Assembly: GCA_035547515.1 (NCBI GenBank)
Contig: DASZUS010000008.1
Coordinates: forward strand, 28,257 to 92,256
Source of the DNA: Mycobacteriales bacterium
GTDB lineage: Bacteria > Actinomycetota > Actinomycetes > JAFAQI01
Reading direction: 5' to 3'
DNA: 64,000 bases
A program made the position numbers and the translations under genes. This document shows positions 9,102-18,672 of the stretch, in pieces. The notes beneath the pieces were generated by a model that was not told where the DNA came from, ran no database searches, and saw nothing but the letters and a program-made list of their open reading frames with translations. How positions within the stretch are numbered: position 1 is the stretch's first letter; the number at the start of each line of letters is the position of its first letter.

Positions 9102-9722
9102 GTGTTGGTCTCCGTACTCGCCTTCGTCGGCGCTGCCTCCCTGGTGATCTTGCTGCCCGGCCCGGACACCCTCGTGGTGCTGCGGAGCCTGCTGCGCGAG
9201 GGACCGCGCAGCGCCCGGCGTACCGCGCTCGGGGTCGTGACCGGGCTGAGCATCTGGGCCGGCGCCGCGGTTCTCGGCTTGTCCGCGCTGTTGCGCGCGA
9301 GCCACGACGGCTATGACGCGCTGCGGCTCGTCGGAGCGGTGTATCTCTGCGCCATGGGCGTCCAGGCCCTGCGATCGCGGGGGGCGAGCGCGGAGCTCGA
9401 CGGGTCGCGGCCGAACCGGCGCCCGGCGCTGGGCACCGGCTACTTAGGCGGTCTCGCGACGGACTTGCTCAACCCGAAGGTCGGGGTCTTCTTCGTGACG
9501 TTCCTGCCTGCGTTTGTCCCCCACGGCGAGCCGGTCGGCACGACGACGTTGCTGCTCGGCGCGATCTTCGCCGTCGAGACCGGCCTCTACTTCGTCGTGT
9601 TCCTTCGCTTCGCCCGGCACATCGTGGGCTGGCTGGGCAGGCCGAAGCTGCGCAAGGCCCTCGACCGCGGCACCGGCGCCGTCCTCATCGGCTTCGGCTT
9701 GCGGCTCGCTCTCGAGCCTTAG
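9102..9722 (+). CDS. LysE/RhtB family amino-acid exporter
   Basis: The GTG at 9102 gives 206 aa, starting VLVSVLAFVGAASLVILLPGPDT, with a later DLLNPKVGVFFVTFLP. This is the typical LysE length and motif set. The ORF upstream of 9102 overlaps the neighbouring gene antisense. An alternative ATG is at 9033. Confidence 0.75.
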   Translation: MLVSVLAFVGAASLVILLPGPDTLVVLRSLLREGPRSARRTALGVVTGLSIWAGAAVLGLSALLRASHDGYDALRLVGAVYLCAMGVQALRSRGASAELDGSRPNRRPALGTGYLGGLATDLLNPKVGVFFVTFLPAFVPHGEPVGTTTLLLGAIFAVETGLYFVVFLRFARHIVGWLGRPKLRKALDRGTGAVLIGFGLRLALEP

Positions 9723-12232
9723 GCCGGCGGCCCGAACGGCGTGACGACCGCCGTGGTGATCGGCAGCAGGTAGGACCGCGCCGCGGCGTCGCCCACGTTG
9801 CCGACGCGCGGGGGCAGGACCAGCTGGTTGTCGGCGGCGTCGATCTCGTCGACCGGGACCGTGAGCTCGGCGTTGTCGCTCTCTGCCACCACCAGCATGT
9901 GCAGGCCGTGGGTGGCGACGTCGCCCTGCAGGTAGCGCACGTCGCCCTGCGGTCCGAAGTGCGGGTCAGGTGCTGGGTCCGGCCGCTGCACCGGCTTGGC
10001 AGGGTCGAACGTCGCGGTGCCCGGGATGTTGTACGGCGTACCCGAGGCCGTGTGGTTCCAGCACCGTCTCCGGTAGACCCAGTCCCCCCGGTAGGTCTTG
10101 CCGCCGTCGTGAACCAGCCCGTGGAACCGGTCCGCGACCGCCGGTGCGGGCGTCTGGGCTATGGGCTTGCCGTCGATGTCGGCGAACCCCCATGTGGTCG
10201 GCTCGTCGGGACTGCGGAGCGCGACGTGCGGGCCAGGGTCCTCGCCGGTCCCGTCGTCGAAGCACGAGTCGTCGACGTAGTACGGCTGCGCTACCAGCAG
10301 GCCCTGGACGTCGCCGGGCGAGAGCGGCTGGTTCTGCGATAGCCCCCACTTCTCGACCAGCGTCCCGGCCGGCCCTGTCATCTCCTCCCACGACAGCGCT
10401 TCAGGCACGACGCCGGAGAACGTCGCGTCGGGCAGGTTGAACGAGCCGTAGACGCAGGCATCGGAGGTGCAGGTCGAGTCGTCGGGGTTGCCGATGGTCA
10501 GCGGCTTGCCGCCGGTCAGCCGCTTCTCGATCCGGCCCAGCTTGTCGTTGCTGGACTCTGAGATGCCGTCGGGACCGATGTGGGCATTGATGTCGCCGTA
10601 GAGCACCGGGTTGATGCCTTCGACCGGCACGCCCTTCGGGTTGTACGGGTTGTAGTAACGGGTGATCTGGCCGGCGGCCATGTCCCACTGGGTGTAGATC
10701 CCGTCCAGCGGCGGGATCGGGTGCACCCGCATGCCGTAGTCGTGCACGATCGAGTACGGGTAGAAGATGTCGGTCCGCGTGACGTTGGTCCCCGAGTCCG
10801 ATCCCCAGGTCACCCGGATCGCGCGCACCGGGCCCACCCGGATCCCCATCGTCATCGACGAGCCGCCCCAGTTGTTCTGCTCGTCCTCGTAGCCGCAGCA
10901 CGGCGTCTGACCGGCCGGCGACTGCTGGAAGGCCCGTGCCTTGAAGCGGTCGATGAGACTCGGACCGTAGTCGTACTCGGTGAAGCCGCCGTCGTCCTTC
11001 GACACCTGCAGGTCGTCCATCAGCCAGCGGCCGTCGTAGCGGAACCGGTAACGGGGCGTCGTCACCGTCGCGTTGTCGAGGGTGCGGCGCTGGACGTAGG
11101 TCTTCGGGTCGAGAACCACGTCGTGGTGGCTGTTGTAGCGGAAGCCTTGGCCGATCACCGCCTGGCCGTCCGGCGTGCACGCCGGACCGTACGGCGCGTT
11201 GCCGTAGTCGCCGTACGAGCTCTGCGAGTAGACCATCGTGTCCGCGTCGGCATCGGGGGTGTAGCGGACGTACGGCGAGTTCTTCGCGGTGTAGCGCATC
11301 GGCACTGCCCAGGCGTGGCCGTGGGAGCCGGTCGCCGACTCCATCACGTAGGCGTAGCGCGTCTGGCCCGTGGCGGGGTCCACCACGGTCACCTGGTTCG
11401 CCGAGACGATGCCCTTCGGCAGCGCGGTGCCGGCCGCTGCCGCACCCCGGGCGTCGCGCGCCATGAACGCGAGCTGGTCGGTGTCGATGAGCCCGCGGTT
11501 GGGGTCCGGCGTCGGGTCCGGCAGGCCGTTAGCGGGCTTGGCCCGGCAGACGATGCCCGCTTGCTCGAGCTGGTCGGGGCCCGGCGGGATGCAGCCGGGT
11601 GTCGCAGCGCCATTGCCGGGATCGCAGTCCGCGGGCATCGCCGCGTTCGTCGTGTCGAGGAACGGCTCGTGGTCGAAGGAGTACGTCAGGAACTGGTCGG
11701 TGCCCGAGTACACGCCGAACCCGCTGGCGTTGTTGGAGATGTAGTGCGTCCACATCGGGTCGACCTGGAACGGGATCTGCACGAAGCGGTGGCCGGTCCA
11801 GGCGTACCCGCGCAGGCTCGCCGTGGCGACTCCCGGCAGCAGGGTGCGGACCGGGAGCTGGCTCGGCTGGAAGCAGTTGTGGTCACCGTGGTCGGGGTCG
11901 ACGTAGCCGTTGACGTCGGGCTTGGGGTCGGGTTGGTAGCACGCGCTGCGCAGCTGCTTGGGTAGCCGTGCCTGCGTGTTGGCGACGCCGTAGTAGTTCG
12001 GGACCTGCGGCACCCGGGCAGTGACCTCGGGGCCGCTGGACCAGGTCGGGAAGTCGGCCCCGGTCAGAACCACCGGTTGCGTCGCGAACTCGGAGACGTC
12101 CACCGTCGTCGCCGTCGGTCGCGGCGAAGAGCCGCGCGCGTGGCTGCCGTGGACGCCGGTGGCGCGAAGCGGCACGATGGCCGCGGCCACCCCGACGACG
12201 ACGGCAGTGAACCGGGTGGCCGAGGTGCGCAT
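9719..12232 (-). CDS. large secreted hypothetical protein (837 aa), Cys-containing, no recognised domain
   Basis: A long ORF with sensible, non-Arg-rich composition. It has an N-terminal signal-like segment (FTAVVVGVAAAIVPLRATG) and many Cys, Trp, Tyr and Asp residues. I recognise no catalytic motif. Confidence 0.6.
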   Translation of the reverse strand: MRTSATRFTAVVVGVAAAIVPLRATGVHGSHARGSSPRPTATTVDVSEFATQPVVLTGADFPTWSSGPEVTARVPQVPNYYGVANTQARLPKQLRSACYQPDPKPDVNGYVDPDHGDHNCFQPSQLPVRTLLPGVATASLRGYAWTGHRFVQIPFQVDPMWTHYISNNASGFGVYSGTDQFLTYSFDHEPFLDTTNAAMPADCDPGNGAATPGCIPPGPDQLEQAGIVCRAKPANGLPDPTPDPNRGLIDTDQLAFMARDARGAAAAGTALPKGIVSANQVTVVDPATGQTRYAYVMESATGSHGHAWAVPMRYTAKNSPYVRYTPDADADTMVYSQSSYGDYGNAPYGPACTPDGQAVIGQGFRYNSHHDVVLDPKTYVQRRTLDNATVTTPRYRFRYDGRWLMDDLQVSKDDGGFTEYDYGPSLIDRFKARAFQQSPAGQTPCCGYEDEQNNWGGSSMTMGIRVGPVRAIRVTWGSDSGTNVTRTDIFYPYSIVHDYGMRVHPIPPLDGIYTQWDMAAGQITRYYNPYNPKGVPVEGINPVLYGDINAHIGPDGISESSNDKLGRIEKRLTGGKPLTIGNPDDSTCTSDACVYGSFNLPDATFSGVVPEALSWEEMTGPAGTLVEKWGLSQNQPLSPGDVQGLLVAQPYYVDDSCFDDGTGEDPGPHVALRSPDEPTTWGFADIDGKPIAQTPAPAVADRFHGLVHDGGKTYRGDWVYRRRCWNHTASGTPYNIPGTATFDPAKPVQRPDPAPDPHFGPQGDVRYLQGDVATHGLHMLVVAESDNAELTVPVDEIDAADNQLVLPPRVGNVGDAAARSYLLPITTAVVTPFGPPA

Positions 12233-12274
12233 CGTGGCTGTTTCGCCGCGTCCTGGCCGCCTCCTTCACCCGGG

Positions 12275-13192
12275 TCAGCCGCCGGTGCGGCGGCGCCACA
12301 TCAGAGCGGCTCCGGCAGCGACCACCACGGCGGCCCCGATCGCGATGACCACGTTGCGCGTGCCGTCGCCGGAGGCGGCCCGGCTCGACTCGGCTGCGAC
12401 GGACTGGGCCCGTGCCGGAGGGGTGCTGCTCGCATGCCGTGGGTGAGCCGACGGCGACGCGCTCGGGGTCGCGGAGGGCGCAGGCGAGCTGGTGTGCCTC
12501 GGCTGCCGGCTGGCGGCCGGGGACGGCGTACGCCGAGGGCTCGGCGCGGGCGTGCTCGGTGGCCGGGCACGCGGCGAGCCCCCAACCGGGACGGGGAAGC
12601 TGGGGCGGACCGTGTCGAGGACCGTCACGTCCCGGGCTGTAGGTGCGGCGAACGCAACGGTGAAGGTGGGCGCCACCATCGAGGTCACCGCCGGCACGAG
12701 GACGATGCCAGCAGTCGCGTCGCTGGCGGGGAACTCGATCGTCATCGTCTTGTCGTCGGCGCTGAACGCCCCGACGACAGGCGCGGCCCCGGCCCGGTAA
12801 GCGGGCCGGGCGCTCCAGGGCTGCGGCCCGCCAGTCGGCCAGTCAGCGGTCGCCGGGTAGCCGACGACGGCAGGCGGGTTGAGCTTCGACAGTGCCGAGA
12901 CGTGCAAGGTCAGCCGCACGCTCTTGGACCCGGCTGGCAGCGGGATGCGAACCGCCGCCTCCGCCTGTGCCCCCGTCGGCGCGGACGCAACGTAGAGGCC
13001 CCCGGCGGGCACGCCCGGAACCGGGATCAGCCCGGTGATCGGCTCCGCCACCCACCAGAAGCCCGCTTGCGGGGCGAACGTCGTCGTCGCGGCACCCGCC
13101 AGCGCGGGGTCGGCCGCGACCAGTAGCCCGGCCCAGCCGGCCTGAGCCACGGCTGCGACCACGGCTGCGACCACCGATCGGATCGCGGGCAC
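12275..13192 (-). CDS. surface protein with signal peptide, Pro/Ser-rich linker and C-terminal TM anchor (305 aa)
   Basis: N-terminal hydrophobic signal, a roughly 170-aa beta-rich domain, then a PST-rich linker (PRARPPSTPAPSPRRTPSPAAS...). The C-terminus is NVVIAIGAAVVVAAGAALMWRRRTGG. It lies 42 bp upstream of the 837-aa gene on the same strand. Confidence 0.55.
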   Translation of the reverse strand: MPAIRSVVAAVVAAVAQAGWAGLLVAADPALAGAATTTFAPQAGFWWVAEPITGLIPVPGVPAGGLYVASAPTGAQAEAAVRIPLPAGSKSVRLTLHVSALSKLNPPAVVGYPATADWPTGGPQPWSARPAYRAGAAPVVGAFSADDKTMTIEFPASDATAGIVLVPAVTSMVAPTFTVAFAAPTARDVTVLDTVRPSFPVPVGGSPRARPPSTPAPSPRRTPSPAASRQPRHTSSPAPSATPSASPSAHPRHASSTPPARAQSVAAESSRAASGDGTRNVVIAIGAAVVVAAGAALMWRRRTGG

Positions 13193-13228
13193 GCAGACAG
13201 TGTGGCGGACCCGAGCCCGCCCGTCGCG

Positions 13229-14302
13229 CTACTCCGGGCCGTCGGCGTAGCGGTAGTAGACCTCGTCCGATCCGCCGCCGCCGGCGTCGGCGACGGTTCC
13301 CAGCCGGTCGAACTCCGCGGCCAGTGCCAGCGAGAACGGCTTGAGCGGTGGCCTCGGCTGGTTGTGGCTGGCCGCGACCAGCTGCTCGGCGAGCGCGCGG
13401 ACGTACCACTCGCGGAACACGCGGTGGGACGGCGTTGCGGCAACGGTCAGCAGGCGTGCGGCCCGGGCCTGCCGGTCCGCTTCGTCGAGCGCCATCAAGT
13501 AGTGCAGCCCCGCGTTCGCCGCGGATACCGGAAGGTGCAGCGTCAGGTCGGTGAAGGCGTCGCCGCGGCGGGCTGCATCGACCGCCTGGCGCTTGATCTC
13601 GTTGCGGGCCTCGGAGAAGCGCTCGGTCGCCCGCAGCAGCATGTCGACGGTCTTGGACGGCAGGCCGATCTCCGCGTCGGCCCCTGCCCGGATCAGCTCG
13701 AGCTCTCGAACGATGTTGTCGATGTGCGCCTTCGCGGCGACCAGCAGCTCGGTCGGGACGAAACCGAGATGCACCTCGTAGCGGCGGGTCGTGTCCTGGG
13801 CCGACCATGCGACGCGGATCGCGTCCGGGCCGTCGGCGCTCGCACGGGCCACGCGGCGGCGCGGCTTGCCGAGCTCGGCCCAGACCAGCTTGCCGTTGCC
13901 GGACTGCTCGACGCCCCATGCCGTGGACAGCGACTCGACGACCGCGATGCCGCGTCCGGTCATACCTTCCTGGCTGCGCTGCAATCGAAGCGGTACGTCG
14001 CGGCCGCAGTCGCGTACCTCGATCCGCACCCGGTCTCGCCGGCCACTGACCCGCACCGAGATCGGGGGAGCGGCGTGCAGCATCGCGTTGGTCACCAGCT
14101 CGGTGACGACGATCTCCGCGTCGGCGACGAGCTCGGCGGGCAGCTTGCGCAAGGCATCGCTGACCAGCCGGCGCGCAGCGCGGGCGCCGTCGGCACCGGG
14201 GCCGACCTCGAGCTCCGCCCTCGCCACTGGCTGTCCATGCCCCAGGATCTGTTTTGCTAAGCACTGCCCCGGGCCCGCCGACGTCAACCCTTCGGGCGGC
14301 AT
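13229..14302 (-). CDS. RsbW/SpoIIAB-like HATPase (anti-sigma-factor-type Ser kinase) with an uncharacterised ~210-aa C-terminal domain
   Basis: N-terminal EIVVTELVTNAMLHA ... RIEVRDCG ... GRGIAVVESLSTAWGV matches the HATPase_c N- and G-boxes of anti-sigma kinases. I do not recognise the C-terminal helical region. An alternative GTG start is at 14227. Confidence 0.6.
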   Translation of the reverse strand: MPPEGLTSAGPGQCLAKQILGHGQPVARAELEVGPGADGARAARRLVSDALRKLPAELVADAEIVVTELVTNAMLHAAPPISVRVSGRRDRVRIEVRDCGRDVPLRLQRSQEGMTGRGIAVVESLSTAWGVEQSGNGKLVWAELGKPRRRVARASADGPDAIRVAWSAQDTTRRYEVHLGFVPTELLVAAKAHIDNIVRELELIRAGADAEIGLPSKTVDMLLRATERFSEARNEIKRQAVDAARRGDAFTDLTLHLPVSAANAGLHYLMALDEADRQARAARLLTVAATPSHRVFREWYVRALAEQLVAASHNQPRPPLKPFSLALAAEFDRLGTVADAGGGGSDEVYYRYADGPE

Positions 14303-14357
14303 TCCGCACTTTTAGCGCCCAAACCGGAGGTCTCGCCGGAGCGGCACTCACGGACCT

Positions 14358-15287
14358 GTGGAGCGCGCGACGCGCCTGAGCGCTCGAAGCGCCAATCTCC
14401 TGGTCGTGTCGAAGCCGGCTGAGGTCCCCGCGGTCTTGTTGGGCCGACCTTTCACTACCGGTGAAGCCCGCGCCGCGGGCATCAGCAGCTCCGCTCTTCG
14501 AGGGCGGGCATGGCGCCACGTCTTCCGTGACGTGTGGACCCATGTGTCCACCGAAGACTGCCTCGCAACGCGGGTCGCCGCTGCGCGCCTCGTACTGGGC
14601 ACGGAGGGCTTTCTGTGCGGACTGACTGCGGCCTGGGTGTATGGAGCCGAAGCGCAGGACGACCGAGCCCAACTCGTCTGGATCGGACGCCCGACCGGCA
14701 GCTGGCGGAAGGCTCGGTCGGGTTGCTTGGTGCGCCAGATCACGGTCGCCCCCTCCGATCTCATCACCGTGGAGGGTGCGCTGATCACGACCCCGCTGCG
14801 AACGGCCTTCGACTGCGCCCGGTGGCTCACCCGCACCGAGGCGGTCGTCGTCGCCGACGCGATGGCGCGGGAGCACTTCGTCGACGGGTGCCACCTAGCT
14901 GCCTACGTCGAGGCGCACCGCGGTCTGCGCGGGGTGCGTAATGCGGCCCACGTCGCGACGATGGTGGATGCGCTGAGCGAGTCGCCTATGGAGTCGCGCA
15001 TGCGGGTCCTACTAGTGAGTTCGGGCTTCGAGGGCCACGTGTTGCAGCACGAGATCCGCGACGGACACGGTCGGTTCGTCGCCCGAGTCGATCTCGCCTA
15101 TCCAGAACGGCGAATCGCCGTCGAGTACGACGGCTCCTTCCACTGGCGGCAGCGCCGTGACGACGACCGCCGGCGCGACAAGCTGCGTGCGCTCGGATGG
15201 CAGGTCTTCGTCATGAGCGCTAGCGACTACTACCGGCCCGAAGGGTTCGTGGCCGAACTGCGCCGGGCTTTTGCGGCTCCGACGTGA
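14358..15287 (+). CDS. DUF559 / Vsr-like endonuclease-fold domain protein
   Basis: 309 aa. The C-terminal ESPMESRMRVLLV...VDLAYPERRIAVEYDGSFHW...D..RRDKLRALGWQVF is the typical DUF559 (PD-(D/E)xK-like) signature common in actinobacteria. Confidence 0.7.
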   Translation: MERATRLSARSANLLVVSKPAEVPAVLLGRPFTTGEARAAGISSSALRGRAWRHVFRDVWTHVSTEDCLATRVAAARLVLGTEGFLCGLTAAWVYGAEAQDDRAQLVWIGRPTGSWRKARSGCLVRQITVAPSDLITVEGALITTPLRTAFDCARWLTRTEAVVVADAMAREHFVDGCHLAAYVEAHRGLRGVRNAAHVATMVDALSESPMESRMRVLLVSSGFEGHVLQHEIRDGHGRFVARVDLAYPERRIAVEYDGSFHWRQRRDDDRRRDKLRALGWQVFVMSASDYYRPEGFVAELRRAFAAPT

Positions 15288-15387
15288 CCGAGATCAACCG
15301 TCTGGGCGGTATTCGGCGCTTTTCGTGCCCACAGGGTTGGTCTCGGCGGAGCAGAAGGTGCGGCATCTCGCGCCGGATTGCGCCAAT

Positions 15388-15861
15388 ATGTCCGCCATGG
15401 CAGACAAGCAGGTCGAAGTCTCGGCTGACATCAAGTGCGACGCGGGGACCCTCTACGACATGGTCAGCGACCTGTCGAAGATGGGCCAGTGGAGTCCCGA
15501 GGCCAAGGGCGGTCGCTGGCTGGGCGGCGCGTCGGGTCCGACGACAGGCGCACGGTTCCTCGGCCACAACAGCAAGGGGTGGCGGCGGTGGTCGACCGTC
15601 GCGACCGTGACAGCTGCCGAGCGCGGCAAGCGCTTCGCCTTCCACGTGTCGTTTGGGCCGCTGAAGATCGCCGACTGGAGTTATGAGTTCACGCCCACCG
15701 GCGATACGACCAAGGTGACCGAGCGATGGGAGGACCGGCGGACCGCCTGGATGGAGCGGCTGTCGGCCCCGATGATGGGCGTGCCTGACAGGCCCGGACA
15801 CAACCGCAAGAACATGGAGGCCACTCTCGCCGCCCTCAAGCGCGGAGCCGAGGCGAAGTAG
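15388..15861 (+). CDS. SRPBCC (START/polyketide cyclase-like) family protein
   Basis: The ATG at 15388 gives 157 aa. The pattern VEVSADIKCDAGTLYDMVSDLSKMGQWSPE...RFAFHV...W.YEF.P.GD.T.VTE is typical of SRPBCC ligand-binding proteins. Confidence 0.7.
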   Translation: MSAMADKQVEVSADIKCDAGTLYDMVSDLSKMGQWSPEAKGGRWLGGASGPTTGARFLGHNSKGWRRWSTVATVTAAERGKRFAFHVSFGPLKIADWSYEFTPTGDTTKVTERWEDRRTAWMERLSAPMMGVPDRPGHNRKNMEATLAALKRGAEAK

Positions 15862-15866
15862 CGCAC

Positions 15867-16685
15867 TTGGCGAGTACCCGCGGCTTCGACCGGGCCGCCC
15901 TCGCGGGGTACGCCGGTGCCGGCCTCGGCGCGGCGGGTGATCTCTACGCCCTGGCCGGGGACACGATCCTCGCCGGCCTGCAGGGAGTCGCGCGGCGGAC
16001 CTTCCCGTGGCAGGAGGCAGTCTCGCAGGCCTGGTTCATCGCGAGCGTCTGCATGCTGCCGGCGATCCTGGTCGCCATCCCGTTCGGCATTCTCGTCGCC
16101 GTCGAGGTCGGCTCGGTCGCGCACCAGATCGGTGCCGACTCCTACACCGGCGCGGTCGACGCGCTCACCATCGTTCGCGAGGCGGCGCCGCTGGTCACTG
16201 CGCTGATGATCGCCGGCGTCGGGGGCTCGGCGATCTGCGCCGACCTCGGCGCCCGCAAGATCCGCGACGAGATCGACGCGCTCGAGGTCATGGGGATCTC
16301 GCCGATCGAGCGGCTGGTCGCGCCGCGCCTCGCCGCCGCAGTGATCGTCACGATCCTGCTCAACGGGATCGTGCTCTTCGTCGGGGTCACCGGCGGCTAC
16401 CTCTACGAGGTCTGGGTCGGTCACGGTACGCCGGGCAGCTTCCTTCGTACCTTCACCGAGTTCACCTCGTTCAGCGACATCGTGGTCGGAGAGATCAAGG
16501 CCGCGGTGTTCGGCGTGATCGCCGCGCTCGTTGCCGGCTACAAGGGCCTGACGGTCAAGGGGGGACCCAAGGGAGTCGGCGAGGCGGTCAACCAGTCGGT
16601 GGTCATCAGCTTCCTGCTGGTCTTCGTCGCCAACACCGTCATCTCGCAGATCTACCTCATCCTCGTTCCGCCCCACGGCCCATGA
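15867..16685 (+). CDS. yrbEA: Mce-system ABC permease YrbEA (MlaE family)
   Basis: 272 aa from a TTG start. MlaE motifs are present (REAAPLVTALMIAGVGGSAICADLGARKIRDEIDALEVMGISP). It is the first of two tandem permeases preceding six mce genes. Confidence 0.85.
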   Translation: MASTRGFDRAALAGYAGAGLGAAGDLYALAGDTILAGLQGVARRTFPWQEAVSQAWFIASVCMLPAILVAIPFGILVAVEVGSVAHQIGADSYTGAVDALTIVREAAPLVTALMIAGVGGSAICADLGARKIRDEIDALEVMGISPIERLVAPRLAAAVIVTILLNGIVLFVGVTGGYLYEVWVGHGTPGSFLRTFTEFTSFSDIVVGEIKAAVFGVIAALVAGYKGLTVKGGPKGVGEAVNQSVVISFLLVFVANTVISQIYLILVPPHGP

Positions 16686-17557
16686 CCTCGACCACCAACC
16701 CGCTGGCGGGCCTGGCGCCGCCGCGCCCGGTGCGACTCGTCGTGCGCGGCACGACGCGGCTCGTCGACGCGCTCGAGGACCTGGGCAACCAGCTTCGCTT
16801 CTACGTCAGCGCGCTGGTGTGGCTCCCGAGGGCAGCGAAGCGCTACTGGCGCGAGGTGCTGCGCCTGGTCGCCGAGATCAGCCTCGGCTCCGGCGCGCTG
16901 CTGGTCGGTGGCGGCACAGTCGCGGTGATCTTCGCCCTGTCGTTCTTCTCCGGCAGCGAGCTCGGCCTGCAGGGCTTCAAAGGTCTGCAGATCATCGGCC
17001 TCGCTCCGCTGTCCGGCGTCATCTCGGCGTACGCCAACACCCGCGAGATCGCGCCGATCGTCGCAGGAGTCGGGCTTGCCGCACAGGTCGGCTGCGGGTT
17101 CACCGCGCAGCTCGGGGCGATGCGGATCTCCGAGGAGGTCGACGCGCTCGAGGTGATGGCGATCCCGTCGCTGCCCTACCTCGTCACCACCCGGATCCTC
17201 GCCGCGTTCACCGCGGTGGTGCCGCTGTACCTGGTCGGCCTGTTCGCGTCGTACGTCGCCACCGAGGTCGAGGTGGTCTACCTCAACCACCAGTCGAAAG
17301 GCACGTACCTCTACTACTTCCACCGCTTCCTGCCGGTCGACGAGCTGTTCTACTCGCTGCTCAAGGCGGTTGTCTTCGCGATCATCGTCACGCTGGTGCA
17401 CTGCTACTACGGCTACACCGCCTCCGGCGGTCCGGAGGGTGTCGGGCGGGCAGCCGGGCGGGCGTTGCGCACCAGCATCGTCGCGATCGTGGTCTTCGAT
17501 CTCGTGCTGACCTTCGTGCTGTACGGCGCGAACCCGTCGGTCAGGATCTCGGGATGA
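16682..17557 (+). CDS. yrbEB: Mce-system ABC permease YrbEB (MlaE family)
   Basis: 291 aa. ATGA overlap with yrbEA. Motif: REIAPIVAGVGLAAQVGCGFTAQLGAMRISEEVDALEVMAIPS. Confidence 0.85.
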   Translation: MTSTTNPLAGLAPPRPVRLVVRGTTRLVDALEDLGNQLRFYVSALVWLPRAAKRYWREVLRLVAEISLGSGALLVGGGTVAVIFALSFFSGSELGLQGFKGLQIIGLAPLSGVISAYANTREIAPIVAGVGLAAQVGCGFTAQLGAMRISEEVDALEVMAIPSLPYLVTTRILAAFTAVVPLYLVGLFASYVATEVEVVYLNHQSKGTYLYYFHRFLPVDELFYSLLKAVVFAIIVTLVHCYYGYTASGGPEGVGRAAGRALRTSIVAIVVFDLVLTFVLYGANPSVRISG

Positions 17558-18672
17558 GCCGCGCTCGCGCGGCGATCGCCGGGCTGCTGTTCATCGTGCT
17601 GGTCGTGGGCCTGTCGGTCGTCGGAGTCGCGTACGGCTTCGGCGCGTTCTCCTCGTCCAAGACGGTCACCGCCACCCTGCCCGAAGCCGGACCGGCGCTC
17701 GGGCCAGGCGCCGAGGTGGAGTACCGCGGCGTGCTCGTCGGGTCGGTCGCCAGCGTGCACCGGACACTGCACGACGCAGTCCTCACCCTTCACATCGACC
17801 CGTCGCAGCTGTCGAAGATCCCGGCAGGTGCGACCGTGCGGCTCGTCCCGCGCAGCGTCTTCGGCGACCTGTACGTCGACCTCGTGCCGCCCGCCGTCGC
17901 AAGCGGGCAGCTTCAGCCGGACGCGCATCTCGTCGCCGACACCTCGTCGCCGACCGTCGAGCTCGACCAGGCCCTCGACGCCGGCTACCAGCTGCTGACT
18001 GCCGTGCGTCCGGACAAGCTCAGCGCGACGCTGACCGCGATCGCGACCGCGTTGTCCGGCCGCGGCGCGGAGCTCGGGTCACTCGTCGACAACCTGCAGC
18101 GCTACGCCAAGCAAGTCGCACCCCACACCGGTGAGCTGATCCACGACCTGAGCACCCTGGGCACTGTCGGCGACGAGCTCGGCCGCGACGCGCCCGACCT
18201 GCTGAAGACCCTCGACAACGCGATCGCGACGTCGCAGACCGTGGCAGGCAGCCAGGCGCAGATCCAGGAGCTGCTTGCCCAGGGTCCCGGTGTAGCCGAC
18301 CGCACCCGCCACCTCCTCGCGCTCAACCGGCACAAGCTGCACGAGCTCGTCGGGCTGCTGCATCCAGTGGTGTCCGTGCTCGAGGGCCGTCAGCGCAACC
18401 TGGTGCACGGCGTGCAGCAGCTGCGGCTGTTCCTGCTCGGGGCGGCGCGGGCGCTCGGGCACGGGCCTTGGCTGCAGGTCGCGGTGGCCCCGGACCTCAA
18501 CCCGCTCGACACCCAGGGCTACACCGCCGCGCAGTGCCCGAGGTACGCCGGAGAGCCGGGCAAGAACTGCCCCGCCGCGCCGCGAGCGCGGGCGCGGGAG
18601 CGGCCGATGACCTGGCTGCAGCTGGTCGCAGACCCGATTCTCGCTCTGCTCTCGCTACTGGTGTCGCCGTGA
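17554..18672 (+). CDS. mceA: Mce family substrate-binding protein MceA
   Basis: 372 aa. An N-terminal TM helix is followed by an MlaD/Mce domain (VEYRGVLVGSVASV...VRLVPRSVFGDLYVDL) and a helical C-terminal region. ATGA overlap with yrbEB. Confidence 0.85.
   Translation: MSRARAAIAGLLFIVLVVGLSVVGVAYGFGAFSSSKTVTATLPEAGPALGPGAEVEYRGVLVGSVASVHRTLHDAVLTLHIDPSQLSKIPAGATVRLVPRSVFGDLYVDLVPPAVASGQLQPDAHLVADTSSPTVELDQALDAGYQLLTAVRPDKLSATLTAIATALSGRGAELGSLVDNLQRYAKQVAPHTGELIHDLSTLGTVGDELGRDAPDLLKTLDNAIATSQTVAGSQAQIQELLAQGPGVADRTRHLLALNRHKLHELVGLLHPVVSVLEGRQRNLVHGVQQLRLFLLGAARALGHGPWLQVAVAPDLNPLDTQGYTAAQCPRYAGEPGKNCPAAPRARARERPMTWLQLVADPILALLSLLVSP

Noticed and set aside
12843-14894. 683-aa minus-strand ORF spanning the 305-aa gene, the HATPase gene and the DUF559 gene
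   Set aside because: It is Arg/Pro/Gly-dominated and crosses three better-supported genes in other frames or on the other strand, with no motifs.
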